Below are positions 44,093-60,324 of a stretch of 64,000 bases of DNA, piece after piece (within the stretch, counting starts at the first letter, position 1; the number at the start of each line of letters is the position of its first letter). The notes beneath the pieces are model-generated. The model searched no databases. It was not told the origin of the DNA and was given only the letters and a program-made list of their open reading frames with translations. The position numbers were made by a program, and so were the translations under genes. The DNA is from Eledone cirrhosa (lineage: Eukaryota), in assembly GCA_964016885.1 (NCBI GenBank), contig OZ024741.1, positions 31,806,001 through 31,870,000 on the forward strand. The letters run 5' to 3'.

Positions 44093-44148
44093 CATGTAGA
44101 CAAATAATTATATATCCCAGCTAACACCTAACCGGTCAGTCTCTGTCA

Positions 44149-44192
<44 letters not shown>

Positions 44193-44294
44193 TTTCTGAA
44201 TTTGTTTAGCAAGATTCTTTATCTGAAAACGTGTGTTGAAACCGATATTGTTATGCTTTGGGAGGGTCATGTTGCCAATAAGAAACACATGCAC

Positions 44295-44822
44295 CAGTTG
44301 CTTTCACTCCAATTTATTATAAATTAAATTATAAATTAGAAAAAAATTTATAAATTTCCGGTTGGTTGGTTGGTTCCACAACCGGGCGGTTGTTCATATA
44401 TTGTCAAAGTTCTTTCGTCACACATTCTGTGACCTCATCAGTGACCGGGGATTCCTTTCTTTGTTTTGTGCCTCTCCTTTGTTCTGTCCTACGCCATCTT
44501 ATTTTTGTGTGTGTTGTGTGCTTAGTTTGCGCATATATTACATCCGGGTGTCTGTGTGTGTTTTTATTTGTTTACTTATTTGTTTATTTACATGTTACTA
44601 GTTGGTTGTTTGTTCTATGTGTGTGTGTTTTCATTTTGTCCTTAATTGTACGTTGTGATGTTGCTATTCCATTCATGTTTTCTGATGAGGTCACAGAATA
44701 TGTGACGAAAGAACTGTGACAATATATGGACAACCGCCCGGTTGTGGAACCAACCAACCAACCAACCAACCGGAAATTTATAAATTTTTAAAAAAATTTA
44801 TCATAAACTGGAGTGAAAGCAA

Positions 44823-44824
<2 letters not shown>
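44295..44824. mobile_element. Family D pLTR with partial inverted duplication (44295-44441 / 44682-44824)
   Basis: Inverted arms; the right arm begins exactly at CTGATGA. Confidence 0.8.
44403..44445 (-). ncRNA. Hammerhead ribozyme (family D)
   Basis: GTCA-CTGATGA-G-GTCACA..TGTGAC-GAAA-GAAC-TT-TGAC. Confidence 0.8.
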
Positions 44825-44880
<56 letters not shown>

Positions 44881-45304
44881 AGTGTGTGTAGACATGTAGA
44901 CACAAAATTATATATCCCAACTAACACCTAACAGGTCAGTCTCTGTCAATCTACAATGGTCAGCTCTTCAGACACGGTTGGATCTGACGCACATCTCGAT
45001 GTTACTCTCTAAAATGCTCGGTTGGTACCAACACAGCTTTGTAAACCAAGCACACACACACACACACAAACGAACGCACACACACACACAAACACACACA
45101 AACACACACACACACACCACCATTACATATATAATAATATGCATACTCACACACACAGACACACATACACAGACACACACAAACACACATTAACACACAT
45201 ACAAACGAACACAGACAGACACAAACGAACACAGACAGACACAAATGAACGCACACACAAACACACAAACACACACTCACACACATACACAAACACACAC
45301 ACAG

Positions 45305-45335
<31 letters not shown>

Positions 45336-45682
45336 CACACACACATACAAACACAAACGCACATAGTCATATATTCCAACTCGGTATTTATGTTTATTCC
45401 TGTAATACACGAGTCTCGTTCTGAAACGCAATTTCCCAAAATGTCTGACTAACTACACATTTGTTTTCCTTATAAAAAAATAAACTATTTTCCGTTTCAT
45501 TTCTGTACTTACTCTCATCAATCTTGCTATTTTTTTCAATGAAGTACTAACGTCTTTTTAAAACACTTTTCCAACTATATAAACAGTCAAACTATTATAT
45601 ATCAATGGATTTTACTGTTCTGTAGTATTGACGTTCCTTATCGATCCCTTCTCTCTCTCTCTCACACATTACATATATATAA

Positions 45683-45867
45683 GGGCGGTGAATTGGCAGT
45701 ATCGGTAGAGGGTTGGACGCCATGCTTTCTAGCATAGTTACGTCCCTTTACGGTCTGAGTTCAAATCCCGCAAGGTTAACTTTGCTTTCATCCTTACGGG
45801 GTCGATAAAATAAAGTACCAGTAATGCACTGGGCATTTGCTGGCCTTGTGCCAAAAGTAGAAACAAT

Positions 45868-45870
<3 letters not shown>
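45683..45870 (+). mobile_element. tRNA-derived SINE
   Basis: Full head, B-box and core matching the other copies. Confidence 0.88.
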
Positions 45871-45900
<30 letters not shown>

Positions 45901-45912
45901 GTGTGTGTATAT

Positions 45913-45952
<40 letters not shown>

Positions 45953-46231
45953 AAGTATGTCCATAGAATCATTTGATAAAATATATACATTATTTTCTCT
46001 CCCGTCAGCATAATCAACCACACAAAAGCCAATGAAACAAGGCTATAAGATTAAAAGACACCTCTGAAGAAATAATAGATAAATAAACGACAGATAACTA
46101 TCCCCGATCAACAGCTATAGAATATTTACCCAGCATTTCTAATAGCACACGGAAATCGATTAAATATATCGTCAACCATACACAATTAGGTATAAAATCA
46201 AAGTTAGAAGAAAAAAGTATATAAGCATACC

Positions 46232-46334
<103 letters not shown>

Positions 46335-46364
46335 AAAGAATAGAGGTGTAACACACAAGTTATT

Positions 46365-49185
<2,821 letters not shown>

Positions 49186-49244
49186 TATGAAAGACGTAAA
49201 ATAAGAAAATTTTAAAAATTAAAAATTAACTTACTAAAATTTTC

Positions 49245-49326
49245 ACTCCAACTAATTAGTTTCTGTAATGGGATAAATATAGTTACACAATGTAACTATC
49301 GAGAATTCATTACGTCATCAGGGAGT
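49245..49326 (-). ncRNA. Hammerhead ribozyme (family G), copy 1
   Basis: ACTCC-CTGATGA-C-GTAATG..ATAGTTACA/TGTAACTAT..CATTAC-A-GAAA-CTAATTAG-TT-GGAGT. Confidence 0.88.
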
Positions 49327-49777
49327 CTATTCTGAGCTAAGTTCCCAGGCAATGCGCGGACACTAGGAACCCATATAAAAATAATAATTCAGTGGATGTA
49401 ATAAGCTAGCAGTGGATGTAATAAGCATAGCACTGAAAAAGTTCACTGCTTCTGGTCAGTGGTGGATTCTAAAGAATCAATCACATGACACTGAGGTTAG
49501 TCAGTTAGGAGTGGGGTGGTATTATGACAAGAGCCTACTACTACTACTATGAATTAGCAGTAGATTTGGCAAGTTTGCTCAACAAATAATTTGGAGATAA
49601 ATATAGAGAATTAATACATCTACCAACATATGCGTACAGATGTACACTAATACTAGTAAATATATAAGTTATGTCAAAGTACCTAGGTGGTTCAATGCAG
49701 GGGGATGCAGAACAATTATATGAAAGACGTAAAATAAGAAGATTTTAAAAATTAAAAATTAACTTACTAAAATTTTC

Positions 49778-49859
49778 ACTCCAACTAATTAGTTTCTGTA
49801 ATGGGATAAATATAGTTACACAATGAAACTATCGAGAATTCATTACGTCATCAGGGAGT
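49778..49859 (-). ncRNA. Hammerhead ribozyme (family G), copy 2
   Basis: Same as copy 1 with one distal stem II mismatch. Confidence 0.88.
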
Positions 49860-50173
49860 CTATTCTCAGCTAAGTTTCCAGGCAATGCGCGGACACTAGG
49901 AACTCATATAAAAATAATAATTCAGTGGATGTAATAAGCTAGCGGGGACTAAATTCCATAGCACTGAAAAAGTTCACTGCCTCTGGTCAACTAATTAGTT
50001 GGAGTGAAAATTTTAGTAAGTTAATTTTTAATTTTTAAAATTTTCTTATTTTACGTCTTTCATATACTTGTTCTGCATTCCCCTGCATTGAACCACCTAG
50101 GTACTTTGACATAACTTATATATTTACTAGTATTAGTGTACATCTGTACGCATATGTTGGTAGATGTATTAAT

Positions 50174-50268
<95 letters not shown>

Positions 50269-51570
50269 CTAGCAGTGGTACCCAGCGTTGCATGGGATAA
50301 GGTATTTTGGAACGCGGGTCGCCATTAGACCTAATCGTGGAAAAACTGCATGCCTGGACAATATGTAAAGAAAATAAACCCAATACTCTGAAGCAGGAAA
50401 AATGCAGGTTTTCACCTAATGCGGGCCCTATGGGATCAAGAAAATGAATTATTTTTATGTGCATAATATGCCTTGAAATTTCGGTAAAATCGGCTAGATG
50501 TAACGCCTAAAAAAAGCCCCCAAAAGCTGAATAAATGAGGTTTTTCACCTAATGCGGGCCCTAGGCCATAAAAAAGTTGGATTTTCTTTGCTCACGGTAT
50601 TAAGAAGAGACTGACTAATACATAGTTACAATTTCAAGGAAATCGGTCTGAGGTAACGCCTCAAAATATCCCTAAAAACTGAAATTAGTATTATGTATGC
50701 TTCTCCTTCCACGTGGAGAAAATAGGCTTGGTGCTTTTGTACTTTAATAAAGTAAAGTGGCAGGAGTCAGAGGGAAGTCTGCAATTCATGACGTGCAATC
50801 GGACAGCATGTGGAGCCTTCTCGAAGGAGTCCACCGCACCTTAGTAAGTAAGCGCAACTGAACAAACGTTTATCAAACTGTGGGTATAATTTAACAAATT
50901 TAAAGGGGAATGGTGCAATAAAATGGGCCCCGATACGTGTGCGTGTTCACTGGCAACCCTAAATGAAAGGGTCGCCATCAGTTATTTCAAGGGCCCTTAA
51001 AAGGGCCTTGTAAGCGGTTCACTGACACTCCAGTAAGGAGGGGTAATCATCAACAATTTCAAGTGGTAGCCCTAAAAAGGGCCATGTAGCGTTCACTTGT
51101 AGCCCTTAATAGTGACTTTGACTGAGTTCTCTGACATTTGAGGGTGGTACGGTTGCTTCCACTTGTAGCCATTAGAATAAATCAGAATGCGTTCGCGGTC
51201 CGTTTAACAGCCATACAAGTGCGATGCAGACAGCCACACATACAGGCTCATATTATAAGGGCGCGTTCTGGACGAAGGGGGAATTGTGGGAAGGGACGTA
51301 ATGTAGACAGTCAGACGTACAGACATATATTATAAGGGCGCGACGTTATATGTATGTATCTATTTAAAAAGAGAAAAACTAAGAATTATAGAGAGAGATC
51401 GCTAATTCGCCAATGCGGTCCCTAGGGCATTGAAATGTGCTCAGAACACTCCCTGAAACATAAGTATTACACGTGTAAAGTTTCAAAACAGTCGGTTGGG
51501 TGCTTCTCTAGTTTTAGGGATTAAAACTCACACACACACAGACAGACATCCACAGTTTTATATATATAGA
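50269..51570 (-). mobile_element. Non-autonomous Helitron
   Basis: Minus strand begins A|TCTATATATATAAAA, has a (CTGT)n/(GT)n microsatellite near the 5' end, and ends with hairpin CCCATGCAACGCTGGG then CTAG|T; no TSD. Confidence 0.82.
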
Positions 51571-51576
51571 TAATAT

Positions 51577-51832
<256 letters not shown>

Positions 51833-51841
<9 letters not shown>

Positions 51842-51888
51842 CACTTCAATGACCGGGTTCAGTATGAATCCGGTGACATCATCAGGTA
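51833..51888 (-). ncRNA. Hammerhead motif (family H), GAAG variant
   Basis: TAC-CTGATGA-[TGTCACCGGATTCA..TGAACCCGGTCATT]-GAAG-TGATCA-TA-GTA. Confidence 0.68.
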
Positions 51889-53951
51889 TTCAAAATATAA
51901 CAAGGGAATATAACAGATAAAATCCATGGGGCTGAAAATCAGAGACAAGAGGACGACCGACTATTTAGCAGCTTCTACCTCGGTCGGCCGCCCTCAAGTG
52001 TTGATTATTAAGACCACCTATGACCATCTGGTGACGAGGCGCAGGCTTGTAATGTGCTACTACCTCCCTGTCTAAGTGAAATGTCAGCGTTCAGGTCATG
52101 CCTCAATCACGCTGATCATGCGTGCTATAAATTGCCGCGAAAAATGTTTTTTCAAAGAATACATATCTTCAACAAAGACATATATAGTGGCGTCTCTATG
52201 GTATAATGTGTGGACATAATTTTCGATTACTAATTAGAAACGTGAAACTTATGTTTAGAGTTAGAAGATGAAATTAGAAAAATAATGTTTAAGGTTTGGG
52301 TTGTGAGATTTAGTTAAAGAATTTACAGAAGGAGGCTTTTATGAAAAGTTTAAGTGTATTATAGATAGTCACGATAAAGTTTCAGGGTAGGATATAGAGT
52401 AAAGATTAAGCCCTTGCTTAGCGGTCAATAACTAGCCCTGCCCTAACTACATGCCAGCCGTTCCGAGTGATATCGTCTAGCGAAAGAAATGGAAATTAAT
52501 TTTTCCAAGCACTCCAGGAATATTACTGTTTAAGGCGTCGGGTATGTTAGCGGGAAGTCTGCCACCGCCGGCTGGCCATCGTATTACCAGACGATTACTA
52601 GTAATTCACACAGGAGGGGGATTTAGTTAAATGCTAGTAGAAGGAGGCATGATACAGCTAATAGTTATGATTAAGCCTAGAATTTAGATGTACTATTTGG
52701 TGGTCAAAGCCGGTAGCGCGGCGGGTTCCAAGTCTGACACGGCCCCATATATATATATATAACGGTGATGAATTAGTTTCGCGAGGTTTTTTTATATGAA
52801 ATCGTTTGTCGAAACAAATATTGTTATTAATCCAGTCAATATTATTACACAAATATCACCCTCGCCAAGTATAACAATATATATACTAACCCTATACACA
52901 TGAATGAGTGCTCGCAACCGTGAATAGTGTGTGTATACTGGGACTGCGCGAATGTACACACTCATATGAACGCAACGTAATACTAATACCCCAGGTTGGA
53001 TTGATAAATGTTCGAGTGTATGCTTAAGAGTATATTTGTATATACTCTCTTGTATGAGTGCACAGGTGTATATAGACATACACGCGCATCCAGAAGTATA
53101 AAAGTGTGGGTGGGTATATATGTCTGTACTAAGGGATTCGCGTAAGCTCCAAAGCCCCCAACCTATTGCTGTGAAGATATATATCACACTCTACCTTTGT
53201 CTAGTCTAAACAATAACTTTTCCAAACACCCATTTTACTTTTCTTTAAAAATAACACCCACCTAGTTTTATGTCTGCATTATACTTGGATTTGGGGGCCT
53301 TTGTTGTATATATATGCATTTGTGCGTACATATATATATATACACACCTGTAGGGATTTGTGTGTGTCTGAGGGGGTAGGTGTGAGTGTATGGACAAGTC
53401 AACCATCATAAGTCTTTTTATTTCTAAATTTTCTAAACTATCTAAGTATTTGAATCTAACCATTATTTTAAGTATTACCTCCCCACATTAATTCCTCAAT
53501 TTGTATGTGTAGATGTGTGTGTGTGTGTCTGTGGAGGTGGGTGTGAGTGTATGTGCAAGCCAACCTACATAAGTCTTTTTATTTGTAAATTTTCTACTCT
53601 AACCATAATTTTCAGTAGCACCACTCCACATAAATTCCTCAATTTAAGAATGACTTGTAGTATCTATTTCATACTATTAACCTTAATTGAATATATATCT
53701 GACCAGGAATGCTTTTTGTGAAAATCAGTCATATGGAACTATTGTCATCTTGCCTGACGGTTTGAACTTTACAACACCACCGGCCTCTTTGAGGTCAAAT
53801 ACCAACCCTACTAGCATCTACAATTTGACCAATGAGAATTAAGACTATTCCTGCTGACAGCATTAAATTATTCCTAACAAGCTCATATGTCCCAAGGCTC
53901 TGATACCATCAACACTATAAACACAGAGCTGGCATATCTAAGAACTGACTA

Positions 53952-54007
53952 ACTGCCTGATGAGGTCATAGCCATTCAAGGGCTATCATCGAAATATATA
54001 TAGCAGT
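53952..54007 (+). ncRNA. Hammerhead ribozyme (family I)
   Basis: ACTGC-CTGATGA-GGTCATAGCC..GGCTATCATC-GAAA-TATATA-TA-GCAGT. Confidence 0.88.
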
Positions 54008-54048
54008 AAATAAAGGATTATGAGTTCATGCAATTGACTTATGTTTCG

Positions 54049-54094
<46 letters not shown>

Positions 54095-54135
54095 GTATGT
54101 ACACACGCTCATATTTGATATGCATATGTGTGTGA

Positions 54136-54270
54136 AGGATAGTGGTTAGAGCATTGGGCTTACAATTGGACTGATTGATGCGTCCGGTTGAGCAAGACAC
54201 TTTATTTCACGTTGCTCCAGTTACGACGTCACAGGTGCCTTGGATAACATGACCGAAGGGTGTCTTTAGC
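54136..54270 (+). mobile_element. Degenerate second-family tRNA SINE
   Basis: TAGTGGTTAGAGCA A-box and TTGAGCAAGACACTTTATTTCACGTTGCTCCAG body. Confidence 0.6.
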
Positions 54271-54274
54271 TTAC

Positions 54275-54366
<92 letters not shown>

Positions 54367-54734
54367 TATTTAAACAGAATAAAACTATACCATTTTAAGC
54401 GCAGATTCCATTCAGAATCTTAAGAAACTTCAAACATCTGCGTACGCTGATATAGATATTTCAAATTAGTGCAGGCAAATATCATGAACAAAATGCAGAG
54501 AAATTTAACGGTTCCTCGTGGGAATGTTAAAAAAATCTATGACTATGAGCTTATAGTGAGAATATATGGAATGAGATCGGCATTTACCGAGTTGAAGTGA
54601 ACAAGAAAATACATCGCTAGCGGTAATACAATCTAGGGATGAAACGAATGCCAGTAAAAATATCTGCTTCCATGCCAACACTTTTAATCATTATAATAAT
54701 TTTACTAATAACAGCTTTATTATTATTTTATATT

Positions 54735-54950
54735 GGGAGAATCGTTAGAACACCGGACAACATGTTTCGTAGCATTGAGTTACGGCCCTATACGTTCTGA
54801 GTTCAAATCCGGCCGACGTTATATTTGCCTTTCATCTTTACGGGGTCGATAAATAAAGTACCAGTAATGCACTGAGGCCGATTTAATCGACTTTGCCCTC
54901 CCCTTTAAATTGCTGCCTTGTGTTTTTAGTAGAAACGATTTTTATTATTA
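54735..54950 (+). mobile_element. tRNA-derived SINE
   Basis: TCTGAGTTCAAATCC..CTTTCATC..GGGGTCGATAAATAAAGTACCAG core and ATT tail. Confidence 0.85.
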
Positions 54951-54959
54951 CTGCTCTCT

Positions 54960-56508
54960 CACGCAGTGTAGTTGTATAATGCAACAGGATATTTCGTCGC
55001 AACAGGAACCTGAGACAGATAATGATTTTCTCAAAATGTGACGAGGCCAGTGTGATGGTGTCGTACACATTGTAAATTGAAATGGCCGGCAAATTCTTAG
55101 GAGAGTATAAAAGATTGACGGGAGCAAAGATCAACCCGAAAAGTCGCTGGGATTGAAGCTCAGCACATGGAAAAGCAAATACAAGATCGGGGTCTGGTTT
55201 AGTCAAAACTTCCAGCTGGAACAAGGTAACGAATTGGTGGGCCACTTTCACCCAGATGAACCGAGAGAGATCTATCCCTAAAAGATCGGACTGAGGTGGC
55301 GAATGCGTACATAATCCCTGTCCACGCCTCCTAAAATTAGAAACTCTGGAAGGGTTAGATTCCACTGGTGAGGCGGTCCATCTGCTGTTAACGCCCTCTA
55401 AGGGGAAGGCTGGGCATGCCATGACTGATGATACGCGCTGAGGCTTCAGCATCACCAGGTAATCCTAAACAGTGAATGCATATGTGTGGTCATTTGTGGG
55501 ACAGGTCTTTCCGCAGCTCATCTCTTTGACTGAACTGCTGTCCTGGGTCGAGCGAAGACCAAGACTGGGCATCTCACATCCGGACTTTTGTCAGGTGCTC
55601 AAAGCCTTTTGCCAGTCGCGGAATGCAGTCAGTGGAATTTTCGCTCTGGCGTTCTATAGAACACTAGTATTAGGCAAGTGCGACAATGTTCCCGGAGAAA
55701 CTCTGGACAGCGAGAAAATCGAAATACCAGGTCAGTTCCGTAGCAATTTGTGCCGAGAACTATGGACAATTTCCAGAAATCTCTGGCTTGGTGGTGCTAC
55801 CGGAGCCATGTGGGCACGAGATAAAACTGCAGTCACGAAAGTGCTGGCCAAGATGCGCCCAGAGTAACGAAACCGTTCTGCCCGACTCATCCAGTATCCT
55901 AGCATTACTAACTCGTAACATTTTGTCGAACAGCTGTTATCGTGTATAGGACGTATCAGGTTATCGACTCACTCCTTCATGAAGATCCCCTAGCTGCCTT
56001 CTTTTTCCGGGAAGTACAGTCACTATTTCTCTGTCTGATGGCTATAGCGAAAGAAGTTGTGTCGTGCATAAAGCTGACATGCCTGACAACAGACACTTTC
56101 CTCTTCGACCAATCCCTCTTCAACTTTTTCAAGATCGACTTGGAAATAAAGGTGAGAACCGAGAGGGAAATGCTGCCCCCACAATATATTTCTTAAAATG
56201 GGGGTGAATGTAACGAGGTTGGCTCATGTGAAGGAGCCTACTCTTACCCTGCGCCTGTAGGCTGGAGAGTTTAGAGAAATGAGGTGCACTTTCCGAAGAT
56301 GTTTTGGCGATGCGGGTGGTTCTGTATATGTGGAGTTCCTAAACTACCCGTAGGAGATACACCCCATATTGGGGAATTCTATTTTTATTTAATTGATTGT
56401 TTATTGTTAGCTGTTTTCTCTTGTTTACAGGCATTTATGCAAATCCGAGCTGTCTATTTTTTTTCTCTTGTCGTCTCTATTTCGGTCCCAGTGGTCAATA
56501 AAAAATAG
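54960..56508 (+). mobile_element. Decayed L1/Tx1-like LINE, related to 32940-34800
   Basis: EYKRLTGAKINPEKSLG relic, shared GGCAAxTGCGAC and CTATGGACAA segments, AATAAAAAA end. Confidence 0.65.
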
Positions 56509-58173
56509 TTATTTTAGGATATAGGATATTACCGGTGTTATTGAGGCCTCTCTCTGACTTTTAACAATTGTTTTCTCAACAAATATAAAGTTTACTTCAG
56601 TTATTTTGTCACAGTTATGTAAAGAATGGAGAGTAATTTAAAAAAATGTATAATCTCCCTTTAGGCGAGAAATATTTTCTATTTGTTTGTTTCTTTCCGC
56701 ATCCAAAATAACAGTGACGGAAAGCCTTGGAGAATGATTCCCAAAATAGTGATAACAAACTTCCTTTTCTGAGTAGAATATAACTCAAAATGCATATACA
56801 CTCACTATTGAAAACAAATTTGTCAAACTAACATTAATAACTTGAATGAAGGTCAAAGAGCAATCATGTACAATGGCTATGCGAAATGAAAAAACACACA
56901 TTATTTTAAAGAGATAATGAAAACACGTGTGAAAACGGCAATTACAGAGAGATGGCAGTATACTAACAACCAAGGAAAGACATAAAATAACATTAATGAA
57001 AATGAGGCCAGTGGGGCGATTATGTTTATAGAATGTGTGGTGTTTGACATAGAAGGCAAATTTAAAGTGATAGCCAAGAAGATAGAGCAGTAATAAAGCG
57101 ACTCAACATCCAAGGGAAATTATGTGTCGCGGAAAACTATAACATTTTAAATGTATATTTCAAAAATCAAAGTGACTTGTAATACGAATAAGACAAATAT
57201 ATATATATATATATATATATTCCCATTTGCCCTTTAAAGCATAACTTTTCGTATTTACTACGGTTACGAGGTGCGGTTTCTTATTCAGGTACAAGCTCTG
57301 ATTTTAGCCTAAGAAAATATCTATATGCGTGTGTAATTTATACACGCATATATTTATTTTTTTTATTTCAATTGAGTTGTTAACACGTTGGATTGTTAAT
57401 GTTTTCGAAAAAAACTTATTAACGTGTAGATTATTATTTTTTTTCCTCCTTTCGTGGATCGTAGTTGTCTCCCCTTCCCGCTTAGTGACTCTATGATACT
57501 TCCTCAGTCAAAAACTGCTGGAATTTCAAATTTGCCGATCATTCGATGCGGGAAGGAGCAACTTAACAGACACGATTTTTAACTCTGGTAAGAAATGGTT
57601 TTCTTATATCAAAGTTTAATGGGCTTCCACTGATGATTTATAAACGCCCACCTAAATATATTCTTACATGAATGTATATTAGGCTTCTACATAAACTGGA
57701 AATATTCTCCGAATTTGTAGAAAACTTATAATGAAACAATTGTCTGGAAAGAGAGATATATTTTAACTTTAATTATATCTCGTAAAATAATACAACTGGC
57801 TTTTCCACATAATACATATTGTTAGCACCCCAAACATTTAAATTGGATTTATATTAAAATATAAACTAATGTTTGTTGAGTGAGATGGTTACCAGTCAGA
57901 GATATGTCTAATGGTAGCTAAGATGCTTCCATAGGCGGTATGCTGTTTGAGCACGCTATGCTCCTACAGAGCAGAGTATGATAGAATGGAAAACCCAAAA
58001 TTAGTGATGCATCGAAAACTCAATTTATTGCGTATTACTATTGTTTCCTCGCCGAACATCTCGAGGTGCGATCTGCGTGTGGATCAACCTGACTCTGGAT
58101 TCACAGGTTCCTCTTTCTATGTAATACGCAATAAATTGAGTTCCGATGCATCACTGATTTTTCGTTTTCCATT

Positions 58174-58241
<68 letters not shown>

Positions 58242-58285
58242 AAGTTAAATAAAAGTCAAATGATTAAAATTTAGCTTCGTTTATT

Positions 58286-58340
58286 ACTGCTATATATATT
58301 TCAGTGACAGCCATCTTTGGCTGTGACCTCTTCAGGCAGT
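58286..58340 (-). ncRNA. Hammerhead ribozyme (family I)
   Basis: Reverse complement of 58472-58526. Confidence 0.87.
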
Positions 58341-58471
58341 TTGAATTAGTATGGTATAGACAAGTACATATGTTGTTTAGGTACATATGTTGTTTTAGTA
58401 CATATGTTGTTTAGGTAAGAGAATCAAAGCTTAGTTTAATACATGTACTTGTCTATACCATACTAATTCAA

Positions 58472-58526
58472 ACTGCCTGAAGAGGTCACAGCCAAAGATG
58501 GCTGTCACTGAAATATATATAGCAGT
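58472..58526 (+). ncRNA. Hammerhead ribozyme (family I)
   Basis: ACTGC-CTGAAGA-GGTCACAGCCA-AAGA-TGGCTGTCACT-GAAA-TATATA-TA-GCAGT. Confidence 0.88.
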
Positions 58527-59137
58527 AATAAACGAAGCTAAATTTTAATCATTTGACTTTTATTTAACTTTATTTTACACTACTCCGGAGTAACCAAACC
58601 AACCTGTGCACTTCGTCGAGTGCTCCAGCCTGCATACTAAGATGTTGGTATACAACCAACATAAACTCAAAATCTCTCTCTCTATATATATATATATATA
58701 TTTACACGTTATGCACACGTCTGGAAACACCTCTTACATAACTACAAAGCTCCTAATTGAATTACAACAACATTCTAATTTTCTTATCAACTAGAAACTT
58801 TCGGACTTTCGCAGTTATCTCCATACACCTCTCGCACGCAATTTAATATTGCCTGGGTGAAGTAATCGTTTCTGCGCATGCGCGTTCGTACGGTTGTCCT
58901 TCCCGTTCCGTATAAACAGGTCCATTACGAGCTGACGTGCCGCCAAGGTGAAACAATTGTTCTCGGTATGGTGAATTAACTGCTGTGTAACCACTTCACC
59001 TCTACATAACTCGTCCATGGGACGAGTTATGTAGAGGTGAAGTGGTTACCAGTAATACACTGGGATAATTGCTGGCCTTGTGCCAAAAGTAGAAACAATT
59101 ATTATTATTACTATATATATACATATATATATATATA

Positions 59138-59335
59138 GTAATAATAATAATTGTTTCTACTTTTGGCACAAGGCCAGCAATTATCCTAGTGTATTACTGG
59201 TACTTTATTTTATCGACCCTATAAGGATGAAAGGCAAAGTAAACCTCGTTGGGATTTGAACTCAGATCATTAAGGGGCGTAACTCTATGCTGCAAAGCAT
59301 GGCATCCGATCCTCTACCGATACTGCCAATCCACC
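59138..59335 (-). mobile_element. tRNA-derived SINE whose 3' end is duplicated in inverted form (59047-59112)
   Basis: Reverse-complement SINE consensus; palindrome centred on (TA)n. Confidence 0.87.
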
Positions 59336-59459
59336 AAATATTTATACTTATATATGATTTATATATAATTATAAATATGGAAGGTAGTACTAGGCACTAG
59401 CCAATTACCAGTAGGAGAAAAGATTCAATGTAACGTATCAAATGTATTACAGAGCCGAG

Positions 59460-59699
59460 ATACAAAATATAAGACAATCAAAGCTTAGTTTAATACATTT
59501 AATTGCTGACAATTGTTTCTTCCAGACGAATGTGACTGACAATGTCAATAGTTATGTATCTTTATCAATGTTCTGAAGACTAGGATTATAATTACCTGTT
59601 TAAATATAGTGTATGCTCCGATTATGCCAGACATTCGTCTGGAAGAAACAATTGTACGCAATTAAATGTATTAAACTAAGATTTCATTGTCTTATAGTT

Positions 59700-59703
<4 letters not shown>
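59460..59703. repeat. Diverged inverted repeat with decayed hammerhead at 59614-59660
   Basis: Arms 59460-59533 / 59630-59703; TGCT-CCGATTA-TGCCAGAC-ATTC-GTCTGGAA-GAAA-CAATTG-TA. Confidence 0.65.
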
Positions 59704-59794
<91 letters not shown>

Positions 59795-60179
59795 GTAGAA
59801 CACTGGAAGTTAATATCCGTAGAATATCACAGAACAAAGGTGATTTTAGGGAGAGGAATTTTTTCTGTATATATGTGTGTGTATCTCAAATGTGATAAAG
59901 AACTGGTCAACAGTTCATATGTGGGTGGCCAAGAGGAGAAATGTGAGCTAGAGACAATTGGTATAAGGGAGAGAGGTATATGGGATTGTAAAGAGATACT
60001 ATTTTAGGAATATGGTTTGGTTTTAGAGGGTATGATTGTGTACGCGCGCGCGCGCGCGCGCGTGTGTGTGTGTGTGTCTGCGTGTCTTATTGTAAGTGTG
60101 ACGGGATCAAAACATAGTGAAATATTTTTAGGGAAAGAAGGAAAAATGTTTTTTATGTATATATATATATATATATATA

Positions 60180-60292
60180 ATTAAATTAAGGGTATGATGT
60201 CCCAGAGACATGCACCATATCCACCGTAGAATAAGCTCAAAGATCCCAGTGAATAGATCCGAGAATTTTATATCAACTAAAAATTGATTGAC

Positions 60293-60324
<32 letters not shown>

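Larger units (their letters stand above)
49187..50177 (-). mobile_element. ORF-less tandem + inverted hammerhead repeat (family G), period 533 bp
   Basis: 49187-49458 repeats at 49720-49988; 49989-50177 is the reverse complement of ~49605-49793. Confidence 0.85.
58235..58675. mobile_element. Fold-back pLTR (arms 58235-58369 / 58443-58577) plus tail
   Basis: Essentially perfect ~135-bp inverted repeat with a hammerhead in each arm; loop holds 3x ~17-bp repeat. Confidence 0.9.

Noticed and set aside
54883-55455. 190-aa minus-strand ORF
   Set aside because: Antisense to the decayed Tx1-like LINE and runs into a SINE
60042-60078. (GC)n(GT)n Z-DNA-prone tract
   Set aside because: Ordinary microsatellite variant with no linked feature
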